From Balamuthia mandrillaris (lineage: Eukaryota): DNA of 64,000 nucleotides. Shown piece by piece: positions 26,291-39,033 of this stretch. The position numbers were made by a program, and so were the translations under genes. Each line of letters opens with the position of its first letter. Position 1 is the stretch's first letter. The stretch covers positions 124,001 to 188,000 of the forward strand of contig JAVKOQ020000047.1 of NCBI GenBank assembly GCA_031835245.2, read 5' to 3'. The notes beneath the pieces are model-generated. The model had not been told where the DNA came from, ran no database searches, and was given only the letters and a program-made list of their open reading frames with translations.

Positions 26291-27110
26291 ATGAGCATAC
26301 ATTACAAAGCCAATAACGCGATGAGCATGCAGGGGGATCAGCAGGGTTTTGTATGGAGCTCACTCCTTCCAATGCTCGCTTGGAGCATAGCGTTCTACTA
26401 TGTCTATCTCTTCATCGGTTACGTTCTTCATCGCCTTGGTTTGTTTCCCTCTTCTTCTTTTCTCGTCTCTTTTTGTTGTTCATTTTTTTTAAAACAAAAA
26501 CACCAATGAAACAGTTCATTGCCCGCAGTCAGGTCCTTGTTATACGGTTCACATGAGGCATCACCTGCAAGAGTACCCCCCTACGGCGCTTCTTTCAGAC
26601 ACATACCGTGGCGAACGCCATGAATTCCACTATAAGAGTACTTCTTCTATATTTCTTTCTTCTCTTCTCGTTTTTCGTGCATGCTGACTTTAACACCCGT
26701 GCAGTACCTTTGGCTGCGATACCTTTGTTTGTTGGTTGGATGTTGTTTCCATTTCATGTGGCGATTCTATTTACAGTGGAGCTCAGCTTCCTCAGTGCGG
26801 CGTCTCAATACTTGCACGAAGTACGTCCTTTCCTCCTCAAACAGCTTTCTCTTCCTTCTTTCTTCTTGTTATTTGTTCTTCTTCTTGCCTTTCAACTTCA
26901 TTCATGTTTCCTCTTGTTCTTCTGTGTTTTACTTGAAAGCGGTATCATTTAAAAGACCCTGGATGGCTAGCGACGAATCCTATGACCCGACGACTCTTTC
27001 GGAAGTGGCAGCGGCAACACTTTACTCACCATCGGGACACCACCTCCAACCTTACCATCGGCTGTGCCGATATCACCCCAGACTTTGTCTTCGGCACCGC
27101 TTCCACCTGA
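26291..27110 (+). CDS. Fatty acid hydroxylase/sterol desaturase superfamily membrane enzyme, multi-exon
   Basis: Spliced His boxes YVLHRLVH, VHMRHH, YLHE-RYH, QHFTHH, then DFVFGT; hydrophobic segments; stop 27108-27110. Start at 26291 or 26321. Confidence 0.78.
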
Positions 27111-27299
27111 ACCAAGATTTTTGATTTTTCATTGGCAAAGGCAATGTTATTTGATTTCCCATTGGAAGATCCTATCTGTGATCTATGACATCATTATATA
27201 CCTTTTTTGATAATGGTGACGTGAGCGTTACATTTTTTTTTTCTTTTTTTTTGGCGTTTTTAACACAACAGAGAAAACGAGTCGTTACCGGCGGAAGGG

Positions 27300-28063
27300 A
27301 TGAGGTTGTTCGGGCAAGCCAGGGCCTGGATAAGAAAGACGCGCTTCTGGGCGGTGTTGTTTGTGTTGGTCTCCAAGGAGTTCCTGTTCGACCGGTGGCG
27401 CTTGGACCAGGCCAAACGAAGGACATGGCCTCTCGCCTTTGAGTTTTGCATCGTGCTCGTTCGGTACTCGCTCTCTTTTCTTCTCCTTCTCCCGCTCTCT
27501 CGCTCTCTCGCTCTCTCGTTCTTATGACAAGTTTGGTGTCTTCAAGGGCGATGTTTAAAGCTGGAACGCCACAGCAGGGACAGATAGCTCAGATCCGCCA
27601 ACGCATGGCTATTCCTATGAAGCTCCGAACGCGCGCCACTTTTACTCGCGTGTCTATCCCAGTGCTTCGCCAACGGATCACGATCAACGAGGACGCGATG
27701 GAAGGAGACCACCAACAAGAAGGAGAGGAGCACGTGTTTGAGGAGCAGGTGCTGGTGGAGGGAGAGTGGGTGGAGCACCGGAGAGCACGTGGCAGCTCCA
27801 GGGTTCTCTTCTACTTGCATGGCGGAGGATACTGTCTGTTCTCCTCGCAGACGCATCGCAACATCACTTCGAAGCTGTCAAAAGCCACCGCAACCAAGGT
27901 TTTAGGTTTGTTTTTTTGCTTACCTTTCGGTTCTCTCTTTATTCCTTTCTCTCATTGTTGGCCTTTCTTTCATTTCTCGTTCTATTCTCTCTTCTTTTAT
28001 TCTCTCGTTCTCCTTTTGCTTCATGAACCGTTCATTCCTTGGCTTCTCTTTCTTCCTTTGCAT

Positions 28064-28104
<41 letters not shown>

Positions 28105-29139
28105 TGTCTCTGTTGTCTCTCTCTCTCTCTCCCTCTTTGTTTCTCTCTAACCAGCTCAATTGTTGCTTAACAGCCATAGACTATCGTTTGGCCCCAGAGA
28201 ACCCTTTCCCAGCAGCGCTGGAGGACAGCGTGGCTGTCTACAAATGGCTGTTGAGCGAGGAGGGAATGGGCATGAGTCCCACCTCCATCCTCATCGGCGG
28301 CGACTCTGCTGGTGGAGGCTTGTCCCTCGCCACCATCTGCTACCTCCTAGACCATGGGTTACCCCTACCTCTCGCTGCTATTTGTATATCTCCTTGGGTA
28401 CATTCCTTTGCTTGTTCTTGTCCCTTTTGTTCTCTTGTTCTTCTTCTTCTCCTCCTTCTTCTTCTTGTTCTTCTCTTTCCTTTCTTCTCCTTCTTCTTCT
28501 TCTTCTTCTTCTTCTTCTTCTTCTTCTTCTTCTTCTTCTTCTTCTTCTTCTTCTTCTTCTTCTTCTTCTCTTCCTCTTCCTCTTCCTCTTCCTCTTCCTC
28601 TTCCTCTCTACCTCTTCCTCCTTCCGCTCACGTGAAAACAAAGGTGGACCTCACATGCAGCACGGAGAGCTGGCAGCGTCACGCCCGCTTTGACTACCTC
28701 CCTCCCATCTCCCCCAACTTCAACTGCGCCCACATGTACATCCACGGCTTCTCCTCCTCCTCTTCCCCCCCCCTCCTCTTCCTCTCTCCTTCGTCATCCT
28801 TATGTCTCCCCGCTTCACGCCGAGCCGCACCACCACCGCAGCTTCCCCCCGCTGCTCATCCAAGTGGGGGAGCTGGAGATGCTGCACGACGAGGGGGTGG
28901 CCCTGGCCGCCAAAGCGCCGCAGGCGGCCCGCCTGCGAGTCTACCCCAGCATGGTGCACGTCTTCCAGGGGTTCGGCTCCTTGACGCCCATGACGGCGGT
29001 GGCCATGGCGGACGTGACGGCCTTTGTGGAGGAAGTCACGCAGATGGAGGAGGAGAGGGAGAGGGAGAGGCAGGAGGAAGAAGAGGATAACGGGGTGGAA
29101 CGAGGAAGAACTGGAGGTCATGAAAGCAGCAAGTATTAG
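27300..29139 (+). CDS. Alpha/beta hydrolase, hormone-sensitive lipase (HSL/GDXG) family; apparent frameshift at C9 run 28765-28773
   Basis: [70 protein letters not shown]. Confidence 0.88.
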
Positions 29140-29239
29140 ATCGATTGAGAGAGAAAAGTGTGAAACAGATTTAATGTTTAAAAAAAATGGAAGATGAACC
29201 ACTTGAAGAAGGAAAAAAAAACTGTCTGTTTGTTTGTTT

Positions 29240-29831
29240 TTAAACGTATTTGGGAGGGTAGCGGCCGGGCTCTCCAACGATGTAGACGTCGGTCCTTCTC
29301 CTCCTCTTCACGACGCAGACAATGCCGGCAATGACGGCAATGAGGCAGCACAGACCGGCAGCGGCCGCGATGGAAATACCAATGATGGCAGCGGTACCCA
29401 AAGCCTTCACCACATCTTTTTTTAAAAAGAAAGAGAGAGAGAGAGAAACATTGAGCAAAACATGGGATTGAATTGAATGAAACACAAAAAAATGAATACA
29501 AAAAAAAAGGGGGAAAAAAAGAATCAATCAGAGAGAGATAATATTTTGGATAAAAAAACATGAATTCATACGAACCATCAATGGCACTAGGGCAAACGGT
29601 GGCGTCGTACTTGTAGTCAGAGCACTTGGAGGGCCTGGCGCCGCTCTCGTAGCAAATGCCCTTCTTGTCCGAGTCGCCGCAGAACCTGCAGTTGAAGTCC
29701 TTGAAGCACTGGGTGCAGTTGTTCTGGTTGACGGCGTCCGCGCAGGCGGCGGAGGTGCCGCTCGGGGCGAAGGCGCACAACAGGGCGGCGGCAATAAATA
29801 CTACAGCAAAGCAAGAGGAGGAGGGAGACAT
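29240..29831 (-). CDS. Small type-I membrane protein with PSI-like cysteine domain (PTTG1IP-like), 2 exons
   Basis: Signal peptide; NCTQCFKDFNCRFC...GICY...C...C; TM GLCCLIAVIAGIVCVV, KRRRR, C-terminal YPPKYV. Confidence 0.78.
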
Positions 29832-30237
29832 CTCTCTGTGTGTGTGTGTGTGGGTGCGTGCGCGTGTGTGTTTGACTTTTCTCTCAGCAGAAAAAATTTT
29901 TAATTTTTTGGTTGCGCTGTATTTTTTTTTCGTTGCCCATCAAAATTTTTTTTGCATGAGAACAATAATTATAAAAAATCGGGAAATGAAGTCGACAAAT
30001 TATCTGATTTTGAGAAATGGTTGACGTCAGGTAACGCGTAATTAGAAAATGTAAAGGATAACTTTTTCGTTCTCTCGAATAAAATGGAGAGAAAACGTGG
30101 ATTATCGCGGGTTAATCATTTTCAGAAAGAAAGGAAAAGGTGCTTCGTGGCTTTTCTCCAAGATAGACAAAACCTGAGGATAGTGCGAAGGATAGGAACT
30201 AAGTGTGAGTGAAAGTTACAACAACAACCATCTAGTT

Positions 30238-30590
30238 TCAAGTCACTAGAGCGTTGATGTAAGCGTTTCCGTTGTGGCATTGCCGTCTGCGGCAGAAAAA
30301 GAGGAGACCCCAGATCACCGCCAAGGCGCACGCGATGCCAATAATCTCAGCCGCTGTGCACTTTTTTTTTGTTGTTGGTGTTAGTCAGGTACACCTGACT
30401 CAAGTGAAAGGGGGAGATTAAGAGAGAGAGAGAGTGTGTGTGTGTGTGAGCGGAACAAACCATTTATACTACTGGGACACATAACGTCGCTGTCGTACTT
30501 GTGGCCATTACAAGCAGCGAGTCTGCTGTTGTGCTGATAGCAGAGGCCTCTGTGGTTGGTGTCATATACGTCAAGTTGTTCTGAAGGATA
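30238..30590 (-). pseudogene. Degenerate or 5'-truncated paralogue of the adjacent PSI-domain membrane protein
   Basis: RGLCYQHNSRLAACNGHKYDSDVMCPSSIN, GT-AG intron at the same position, then AAEIIGIACALAVIWGLLFFCRRRQ...*. In-frame TGA upstream and no signal peptide found. Confidence 0.62.
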
Positions 30591-30941
30591 GGATCAGGGC
30601 AGAAATAAACTCGGAGGTTTGTTCTCCACCAGTGAAGACCAAAACCGAAAGCACCAATGCAATCGAAATAAGATCACTTGTTCTCAGTGCTTCTTCTTCG
30701 GCTTTCTGCTCCTGTGGTTTTTTCTTGGGAAATAAAGCCACTTTAATTTTGGAGAATGGGCCAATGTTGGATTGGATATGTTACGGAAGAGTCACCCTAT
30801 ATATATAGTAAGGGATATGAGACAAGATATGAGCAACTGTGAAAATATGTGAGAGAAGACACGAGATAAGATCAAGAGACATGGGCGAGGAGAGCAAAAG
30901 GAAGAAACGCAAAAGAGGGAAACATCTCTCCAACGTTGTTT

Positions 30942-31785
30942 TTAAGACGAGGAAAACAAGAGCTGGGTTAGCCGTTCGATGAGAAAGAGAGTGATGGTGG
31001 AGCTGGGCACCGTGCGCATGAGGTGAGGAAGGAAACCGCTATAGTAGCCTCTCAACCCATTTTTTCTTAATTTGTTTTAAAAATAAAGATCAAATAAGAA
31101 GAAGGAGAAGAAGAAGAAGAAGAAGGAGAAGAACAAGAAGAAGAAGAAGAAGAAGAAGAAGAAGAAGAAGAACAAGAAGAACAAGAAGAAGAAGAAGAAC
31201 AAGAAGAAGAAGAACAAGAAGAACAACAAGAAGAAGAGGAGATGAAAAGAAGACGGAAATACAACAAAGAGTGTAATACGTACGAGTAAATATTTACAAT
31301 CATGATACGAAGAGGGAGTCCTTCTGATCCTTTTTGGGTCTATTATTGTTTGCTGAGTTAAAGAGAGAAGAAAGGAAGAAAGAATAATAGGTGATATCAG
31401 ATGATGAAAATGAACCTGAAGACATGTTTTTATGACTTGCAACGGATAGGTTAGCGCTGCCGCACACAGTTTACTGCTTGACGCTGCTGCCAGTGTTTCC
31501 CATGCATTCTATAAGAGGTTTGCCAAAGAAGAATAAAGGATCACAAATAAACACAACAGGAAAAAGAAAGCACACATCGTTAAACGCCAACCAAAAAAGA
31601 AAAGCGCAAAGAGAACTCGTACAAGGGATTCGCTGGAACGATTCGGCCGAGATAAAAACATCCTTTTGAACCACTCGAAGAAGGTAAAGTGGACAGCGCC
31701 GTGACAAGTAAGAGGAAGAGCTGGAACAAGACCTCTGTACATTCCTCTCAGCCCTTCTATCTTGAAAACTTCATACATCACACCT

Positions 31786-31822
<37 letters not shown>

Positions 31823-32953
31823 AGTGGGTACAACAAATGACGAGATGACGGGGAAGCATCCAAGAGAGGAGAGGATGAGCAGAAAAGAAAGATAAGAAGC
31901 TGGAGAGCGGAAAGAGGAGAGAATGTACGCAGAAAATGGTTATCCGAGGGTGATGTTTGCATGCGTGTTTTAACTACAAAGATAGGGTTGGTCACAAGCG
32001 TCATTACAACACCTGTATAGAACAATAGTTGTTTATCAGTAGGGAAGAGAGAAGCGAAAAGAGAAATAGAAAGAAGAGAGAACGAAGTGGCAGACAGAGG
32101 AGAATAGAAAGACAAAAGTAGAGCATGTAAAAACAGAGGCAGTATACCAGCTTGCAAGCCAGCAATAAAGTCAGCCAAACGACCGCCTCGCTGTACGTTC
32201 AATGCATCCACCAGGTAAGGGTTCTGCTGTCCCCATTTGTAAGCCAACATGAACGACGCCCATGCTGTGGTTGGTCCTATCAACCCTATTTGTTTTGTTG
32301 TTGGTAAGAGAATTGTGAAGAAGAGAGCGCGAGATGAACGAGAAGCAAAGCAGCAGAGAAGAGATGAGAGATAGAGCGGATAATGGAAAGAGGAGGGAGG
32401 GAAGAGAGAAAAAAGCGAACAAGGCAGAGAAGAGAGTGAGTGAAGCATAGAATGAAGAGAAACAAGGAGCCTCGAACAAAAAGCATAGAAGCATAGAGGA
32501 CGCGAGAACAGAAGGTTGGAAGAGAGAAGCCGGAGAGCTCAAAGTTGTGTTCGAAAGGAAGGTAATAGCGTACCTGGGATCAACCCAACGTAGAAGCCTC
32601 GAACGCCTCCTTGTTGCCACGTCTGTGTCAGCACCGCTCGGATCGCTCGAAAGCGAGACTTGGCCAACACTTCCTTATGTGCTTGCGCTGTGTCGTCCAA
32701 ATGATTCAATTTTTTTGTAGTTTCATCAAAAAGTTAATCAATTGATGTAAGATGAAAAAAAACGTAGCGACCCCCAAAAAAAACAAGTGATACCTTGCAG
32801 ACGCGTTCGCAATAGATCAAGTGGGTAGAGTGTGAAGTTAGTGAGAACAGCTGCCACGGCACCGATGCCCCCACTTTGCCATGGCTTGGGCTGGGGTCGT
32901 CCTGCCATGGAAGAAGCCGACGAGGAGGGCAGAGCCACGCTCCCTTGCTTCAT
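30942..32953 (-). CDS. Mitochondrial carrier SLC25 (folate/FAD/NAD-type branch), multi-exon
   Basis: Three carrier motifs YPLDLLRTRLQ, NPIFVVKTRMQ, YPLQVIKTCLQ, plus EGLRGMYRGLVP and GLRGYYSGFLPHLMRTVPSS. Confidence 0.88.
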
Positions 32954-33321
32954 CTTTGCTACGCAGGTTTTTTGTTTGATCTTGGGCGATATATGATTTA
33001 ACCAATGAGAAATCAAACATATGTTCACATTTCCATATTAAGTAAATAATATCACTTATGATCGGAATGTGATCACTTCATTCTTTCGTCGTGTCTCTTT
33101 CTCCCGCTTTCTTTCTTTCTCTCTATCTCTTCTCTCTTTCTTCTCTTTCTCTTCTCTTTTTCTCTTCTCTTTTTCTCTTCTCCTTTTCTCTCTCTCTCTC
33201 TCTCTCTTCACTTTCTCTTTCTCTTTCTCTTTCTCTTTCTCTTTCTCTTTCTCTTTCTCTTTCTCTTTCTCTTTCTCTTTCGTCGATTCTCTTGCTTTCC
33301 CTTCAATTTTTCTCTTTCTCT

Positions 33322-33788
33322 TTACAATGCAGCTTTCACTTTGCCTTCTCCATCACCACCGTTGAAGTCGCCATGCCTGCCACGACCTTTCATGAAGCTC
33401 TCCGCTCCTTTGCGGCCCTCCTTCATGACCGACGCCATTCCGTGCTCAAACTCGTTTGCCAGGGCTTCTTTCCATGAGTTGCAATGAAACTGTTCATAGG
33501 CGGAGGCTCTGTCCCCGCGAAGACACGTTTGGGGAAAGGCGGCGAGGGAGAGGGCCAAAGCTTCGGCCGATTCCCTGGCCTTGCCTTTCGGCACCACGCG
33601 ATTGACGAGGCCCATTTGAAGAGCTTCGGAAGCAGTCACAGGCCGTCCTGTTAGTATCAGGTCTAATGCTCTGCTCAAACCTGTTGAATAAAGAAAATGA
33701 TGAGGAGAAAAGAAGAAAGCAGACAGCAGAAAGCGGATAGCAGAAAGGAAGATAGAAGGAAGGAGAAAAAGGTGAAGAGAAGAAAGCA

Positions 33789-33832
<44 letters not shown>

Positions 33833-34790
33833 CAATCAAACGAGGCAAACGAACCGTGCCACCATCAATGAGAGGAACCCCAAAACGACGACAAAATACG
33901 CCAAGTACACTGTCCTCCTCTGCCACTCTCATATCACACCATAATGCTGTTTTGTGTGTTGAAGAACAAAAAAATCTTAACAAAGAGAAAGAAAAGTGTA
34001 AAGAAAGAAACGACGAGAAAGAAAGAAAAGAAAGAAAAGAAAGCAACGACAAGAAAGAAAGAAAGAACGGAAGAGATAACCAACCTAACTCCAAACCACC
34101 AGCGACCGCATAGCCAGAGATGGCAGCGATGACCGGCTTGGAGAGGAACATGCGGGTGGGACCCATGGGCCCCTGGGCTCCCTCCTCCTTGCTGAGGACA
34201 TTGACGCGAGCAGGATCCCCGCTGCCCAGCGCTTTCAGGTCTGCTCCTGCACAAAACTGCCCGTTCTCGCCTTTTATTTTTTTGTGTTTTTATCATTTTT
34301 ATTTCTTTAAAAAAGAAAAAGAAAAAAGAAAAAAGAAAAAAGAAAAAAGAAAAAAGAAAAAAGAAAAAAGAAAAAAGAAAAAAGAAAAAAGGAAAAAGAA
34401 AAAAAAAAAGAAAAAAGAAAAAAGAAAAGTTATAAAAAGAAATAGAAAAAGAAAAATAGAAAAGAAAAAGAAAAAAGAAAAAGAAAAAAGAAAAGGAAAA
34501 AGAAAAAGAATAACAAAAGAGAAAAAAAAATAAAAAGAAAAAATAAGACAGAAAAAAAAAGAAAAAGAAAACTTTAAAAAAAAAGAAAAAGAAATAAAAA
34601 AAGAGAAAAACAAAGAAAAAAAGAAGAGATTACCAAAAAGAACAGCGACCAAGGCTTCCTCGTCCTGTTCGAATGCTTCAAACGCACGTACTAGGGCTTC
34701 AGCGGTGGGTCTATCGACGGCGTTGCGCGCCTCTGGCCGAGCGAGAATGATGGTGGTCACCGGCCCTTTCTTTTCGATCTTCACCACCAT
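33322..34790 (-). CDS. Enoyl-CoA hydratase/crotonase family protein, multi-exon
   Basis: [87 protein letters not shown]. Confidence 0.93.
34310..34625. repeat. A-rich (AAAAAG)n-like intronic tract
   Basis: Visible poly-purine array in intron 1 of the crotonase gene. Confidence 0.8.
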
Positions 34791-34973
34791 TTTTTTCTGC
34801 CTGGTTCGTTTTCTATCGACAAAGTATCAACATTTTATCTATTTTTGGTTTTTCGTCGACAAAATTATCTGCTATATTGATAATTTATAGAAAATTTTCA
34901 CATATTACGATAGGATCAACAAATATCATAAATTGCCGACAACAATTAAAAGAACCGAGTTCTCTCTCTCTCC

Positions 34974-35013
<40 letters not shown>

Positions 35014-35463
35014 TTGCGTTCTTGCACGCATCCCCTTCGGACATGATGGACGAACGAGGAAGGGTCGTGTTGGCCAACAAGAAACAAATGAGGAAAAGAC
35101 GTTACCATCGTTTTGGTTCGTCTGAAAAACAACGAAAAGACAAGAATGAAGAGCTACACGTTCTATTCGTTGCACGTGTCCTGCTCTTTTGTTTCTCTCT
35201 TTCGCAGCTTTCATACCTGCTTTTCGTTAGTGTTCCAAGTGGGGGGGTTTCTTCGTTACGCGCTTCTCAGCACCACTCAATTATAGCAGGCTAATATATG
35301 TAACATTACAAAAACGATTTAATTAGAGTAATGCAGTCAATAACCAGTTGTTGTAAAGCCTCGCGGCGATTACTGGACAACAGTCTTCTCGTTCCTCGTT
35401 CGTCCATTCCGTCGCCTTCTGGTCTTTTGTTAGTTCCAGAACAACAATAATAAGTAGCTTAGA

Positions 35464-35899
35464 ATGCAACTCTCGTCTTCTTTCTTGGCGAACCTGTTGT
35501 TGCTGCTGTGCTTCAACTTGGTTCTCGTGGTGGTCGTTCACGGTCAGTCCGAAGGTAGCATTCCTTTTTTTTCTTTTTTTTTTTGTTTTGTTTATTTTAT
35601 CTTTCTTATATTCCTCTTCAACAGATGTTTACATAAAGGCGAGCAGTTCTTGTGTGGCGGAATGCACGCAGAGTTCGCCTTATCGATCGGTTCAAGACTT
35701 TCTGACCGGTAAGTGCTGTTCTTCCTTTTCTTCTTCTTTTTATTGCTGCTTCTGACAAAACTTTTGCAATAAAGACATAGGCGGTGACATATGGTCCTTT
35801 TCTGCTTTTACCTTTCATTTGTTCCCCGGTGTTCATTCGCTTCCAGATGGCTTCGACTTGGGCCTAACTCACTCTATGAGCTTCATGTATGCTATCGCC

Positions 35900-35944
<45 letters not shown>

Positions 35945-38913
35945 TCTCAATCTATGCTTGTTTGTTCTTGTTCTTGTTCTCTTATTCTTGTTCTTCTTCT
36001 TCTTCTTCTTCTTCTTCTTCTTCTTCTTCTTCTTCTTCTTGTTCTTCTTCTTGTTCTTCTTGTTCTTCTTGTTCTTCTTCTTCTTCGTCTTCCTTCTGTT
36101 TCTTTCTTTTATTAACCCACAAAACAGAGGAGAAGGAAGCGATCGCTCCAAAGTAAGGCTTCAAACATGTGAAACCGCGTTGTACAAAAACGCCTCCTTT
36201 CAAGGCTTGACGTTGCAAAACAAGAACGCGTGCCCACAAGAATTGTTGGTCGTTTACACAATGACGTTGCAACTGGATGATGTCGTGCTGAGCAATCCCG
36301 ATGGAAGCGGGGTTTCCGTGCAGTCAGCATCCACTTTGTTGACAACGGATGTCACCTTCTCTTCCTTCTTTGAGAATGCAGGTAACTCTCTCTTTCTCTC
36401 TCCTCTCTCTCTCTTTGTTTGTCGGTTGGCTTTAACAAAACCGTTTCTTTTTTGAAACAAAAGTAACGGTGCAGTCGGTGAGTACGTGGTATAGTTATGG
36501 GTCCCTTATCGTGGAGAATGTTGGTCCTTCCGAGAATGCTACCGGTACATCTTTTAAGTTATATCTCTTTTCTTGTTTTTCTTTCTTGTTTTTCTTGTTT
36601 TCTTTTTCTTTTTCTTTTTCTTTTTCTTTTTCTTTTTCTTTTTCTTTTTCTTTTTCTTTTTCTTTCTAACAGCTTTCACTATAGCGATTCTGATTGTCGA
36701 TTCGTCAACATGGAAATCGTTCGGGTCTGTTTCCGTTCTGAATGCATCTCGACTTGGTATTTTCCTTCCTCTTCCGTTCTTATTTTTCCGTTCTTGTTCT
36801 TGTTCTTGTTCTTGTTCTTCTTGTTCTTCTTCTTCTTCTTCTTCTTCTTCTTCTTCTTGTTCTTCTTCTTGTTCTTCTTCTTGTTCTTGTTCTTCTTCTT
36901 CTTCTTGTTCTTCTTCTTCTTCTTCTCCTTCTTTCGTTTCTCGGTTATTCTTATTCAACAATCATACAGCGATAAACATAAGACAGACATCGCACTGGAC
37001 TTCCGAGAAGCAGCTCCTCTTGGAGCAGAACGACAATCGTGAGCGCTTCCTGTCCTTCATTCTTATAGTCTTTTACTAAATACCTTACTTTCCCATCAAC
37101 AGCCGTTTGGATCACGGAAACCTCGGAATGGCAGCAAAAAGGAGAGGTCATCTTCCGAGAGAACAGAGAGGTGGAAGTGGAGCATGCAGTGGATCGCTTA
37201 GTATACGTGAACCTTGGTAAGCATCTTTGTTTCCTTTGGGCTGAACTGTGGTCCTTTGTGAAGATACCTCCGCTGAAACGTTTCGAACTTCAGTTTTTCT
37301 TTTGTCCAGTTCCAATTGGACAAGCAAAGCCTCTGTTCGGTTCATTGATAACGGCCCTGTCGCATCATGTGAGTTTACCTGCTCTGCTTCTCTTCCGCTT
37401 CTCTCTTTGTTCCTGTCTCTCGTTTCCTATCCCTAACCTCCCTGAAGCGTTGATAACGCTGCAAAACAACTGTCGTCTTCAGAGCTACTTCACCTTTGTG
37501 GTGGAATCAACAGTTGCCTCCCCTCTCTTCACATGCACCAACTCCGAGCTCTTCACCAACGAACCCTGCACCTTCGAGTGTTCTGGCTGCGAACAGCTCC
37601 CGGGGCCTCTTCCAGTGGTCAGCTGGTCCATCGATCCAAGTTACCTTCGTTTGGACCAGAACGGGCAGGTCATTCTTCTCTCCATTCCTGATCCCGTCTT
37701 CTCCATTCGAGTTACGGACGTTCAACTTGAACCGCGCTTTGACATCGCGATAGTAACCGATGGGAGAAAGGGAAGCGAGGATGTGGATCTGGGGGATGGT
37801 TTGGTCTCCATGTCCCCTGGAACACCGCAACTCGACTTTGCTTTCTCGGTTCTTGCTTTCGACAGCTCCTCACCGTTTTCACTCCTGCTTCGAGCTGTAG
37901 AAGCAGAAGCAGACCAACAGCCGAAATACTTTGTGTCGGGAGACCAGAGCCGCGTGGATGTCGTTCTGTCGCGCCCATTAGATTTGCCTTCGATGGACGT
38001 TCTTTTTCCCTTTGGCACTCCCGACTTTCTTCTCACTCCTCTGTCTTCCTCATCGTTGCCATCTGCGTCCTCTTCTGTTCTCTCCAACTTTACGCGACTG
38101 GTGGAAGTGAACGGCGAAACGGGAGAAGAAGTCAGAAGCGTCTTCATCGAAGAGCTTTCGTGGCAACCTTCTCTCTCCACGTCTTCTCCTTCTTCTAAGG
38201 CCATTTCATTCTCCGCTGTGACTCCCTCCCATGATGCGTTGCAATTCACCTTCTTCTCTTACGAAGAGGGAGAGACTTTGACCTTGAAGGATGGAACGAC
38301 GTTACCTCCATTCGATAAGGACATCATCAAATGGAGCTTCAGGGTTGAGCACTGGGATTGGGCCAACGAAGCAGAAGAAGCAGCAAACAACGAGCTGGTT
38401 TTGGAGATGACTTTCCTGAACTACGGGGGAGATGGGTGGACCACTTTCCAAGAAGAAACGATTTTGTTGGATGGAGCTGATAACAACAGGCAACAAAAAG
38501 AGTTCAGCTTCGCTTCGACGGAGCTATCGGCGACATTGCGAGCGTTGGCGTTCGTTTGGATCGATGGAGACTACGAAACGGCGGTTCCGATGCAAGTGAA
38601 CGTAGCACAAAGGCCGGAAGGAGGAGCGATGGAGTGGAAGCTGCGTTTGGCCTTCCCTCATTTCGAGAGTGGGATGGAGTATGACCCTGACCTCTCCGTT
38701 GTTGTGGAGGGAAGCGAAGGCGACAAGGACGATGGAGGAGATGACTCGGATGACTTGTGGTGGAAGGTGACGGTGCCCATACTGATCGTGGCCGCTCTAG
38801 CGGTGGTTGTGGTGGTGGCTGTTGTGTTCCACGTGTATAGAAAGAGCCGTCTATCCGAGCGGCACAAGACCTTGGAGCGGGTGAAAGCCAAATCCGCGGA
38901 ACTGGGTGACTGA
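35464..38913 (+). CDS. Type-I membrane surface protein, family copy 3
   Basis: Signal MQLSSSFLANLLLLLCFNLVLVVVVHG; VYIKASSSCVAECTQSSPYRSVQDFL; repeat exons; last exon IKWSFRVEHWDW...FPHFESGMEYDPDLSVV, LWWKVTVPILIV TM. Confidence 0.8.
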
Positions 38914-38989
38914 AATGCAAGGACAGAGTGAGAAGAACCAAGAGATAGATTTGTATCCAACCTTTAATAGAATAAGAATAAGAAGAAGA

Positions 38990-39002
38990 ACAAGATTGAG
39001 CA

Positions 39003-39033
<31 letters not shown>

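Noticed and set aside
26291..29139. Fatty acid hydroxylase-esterase fusion gene
   Set aside because: The hydroxylase frame ends DFVFGTAST* at 27108-27110, the natural end of the domain, and the esterase has its own ATG at 27300.
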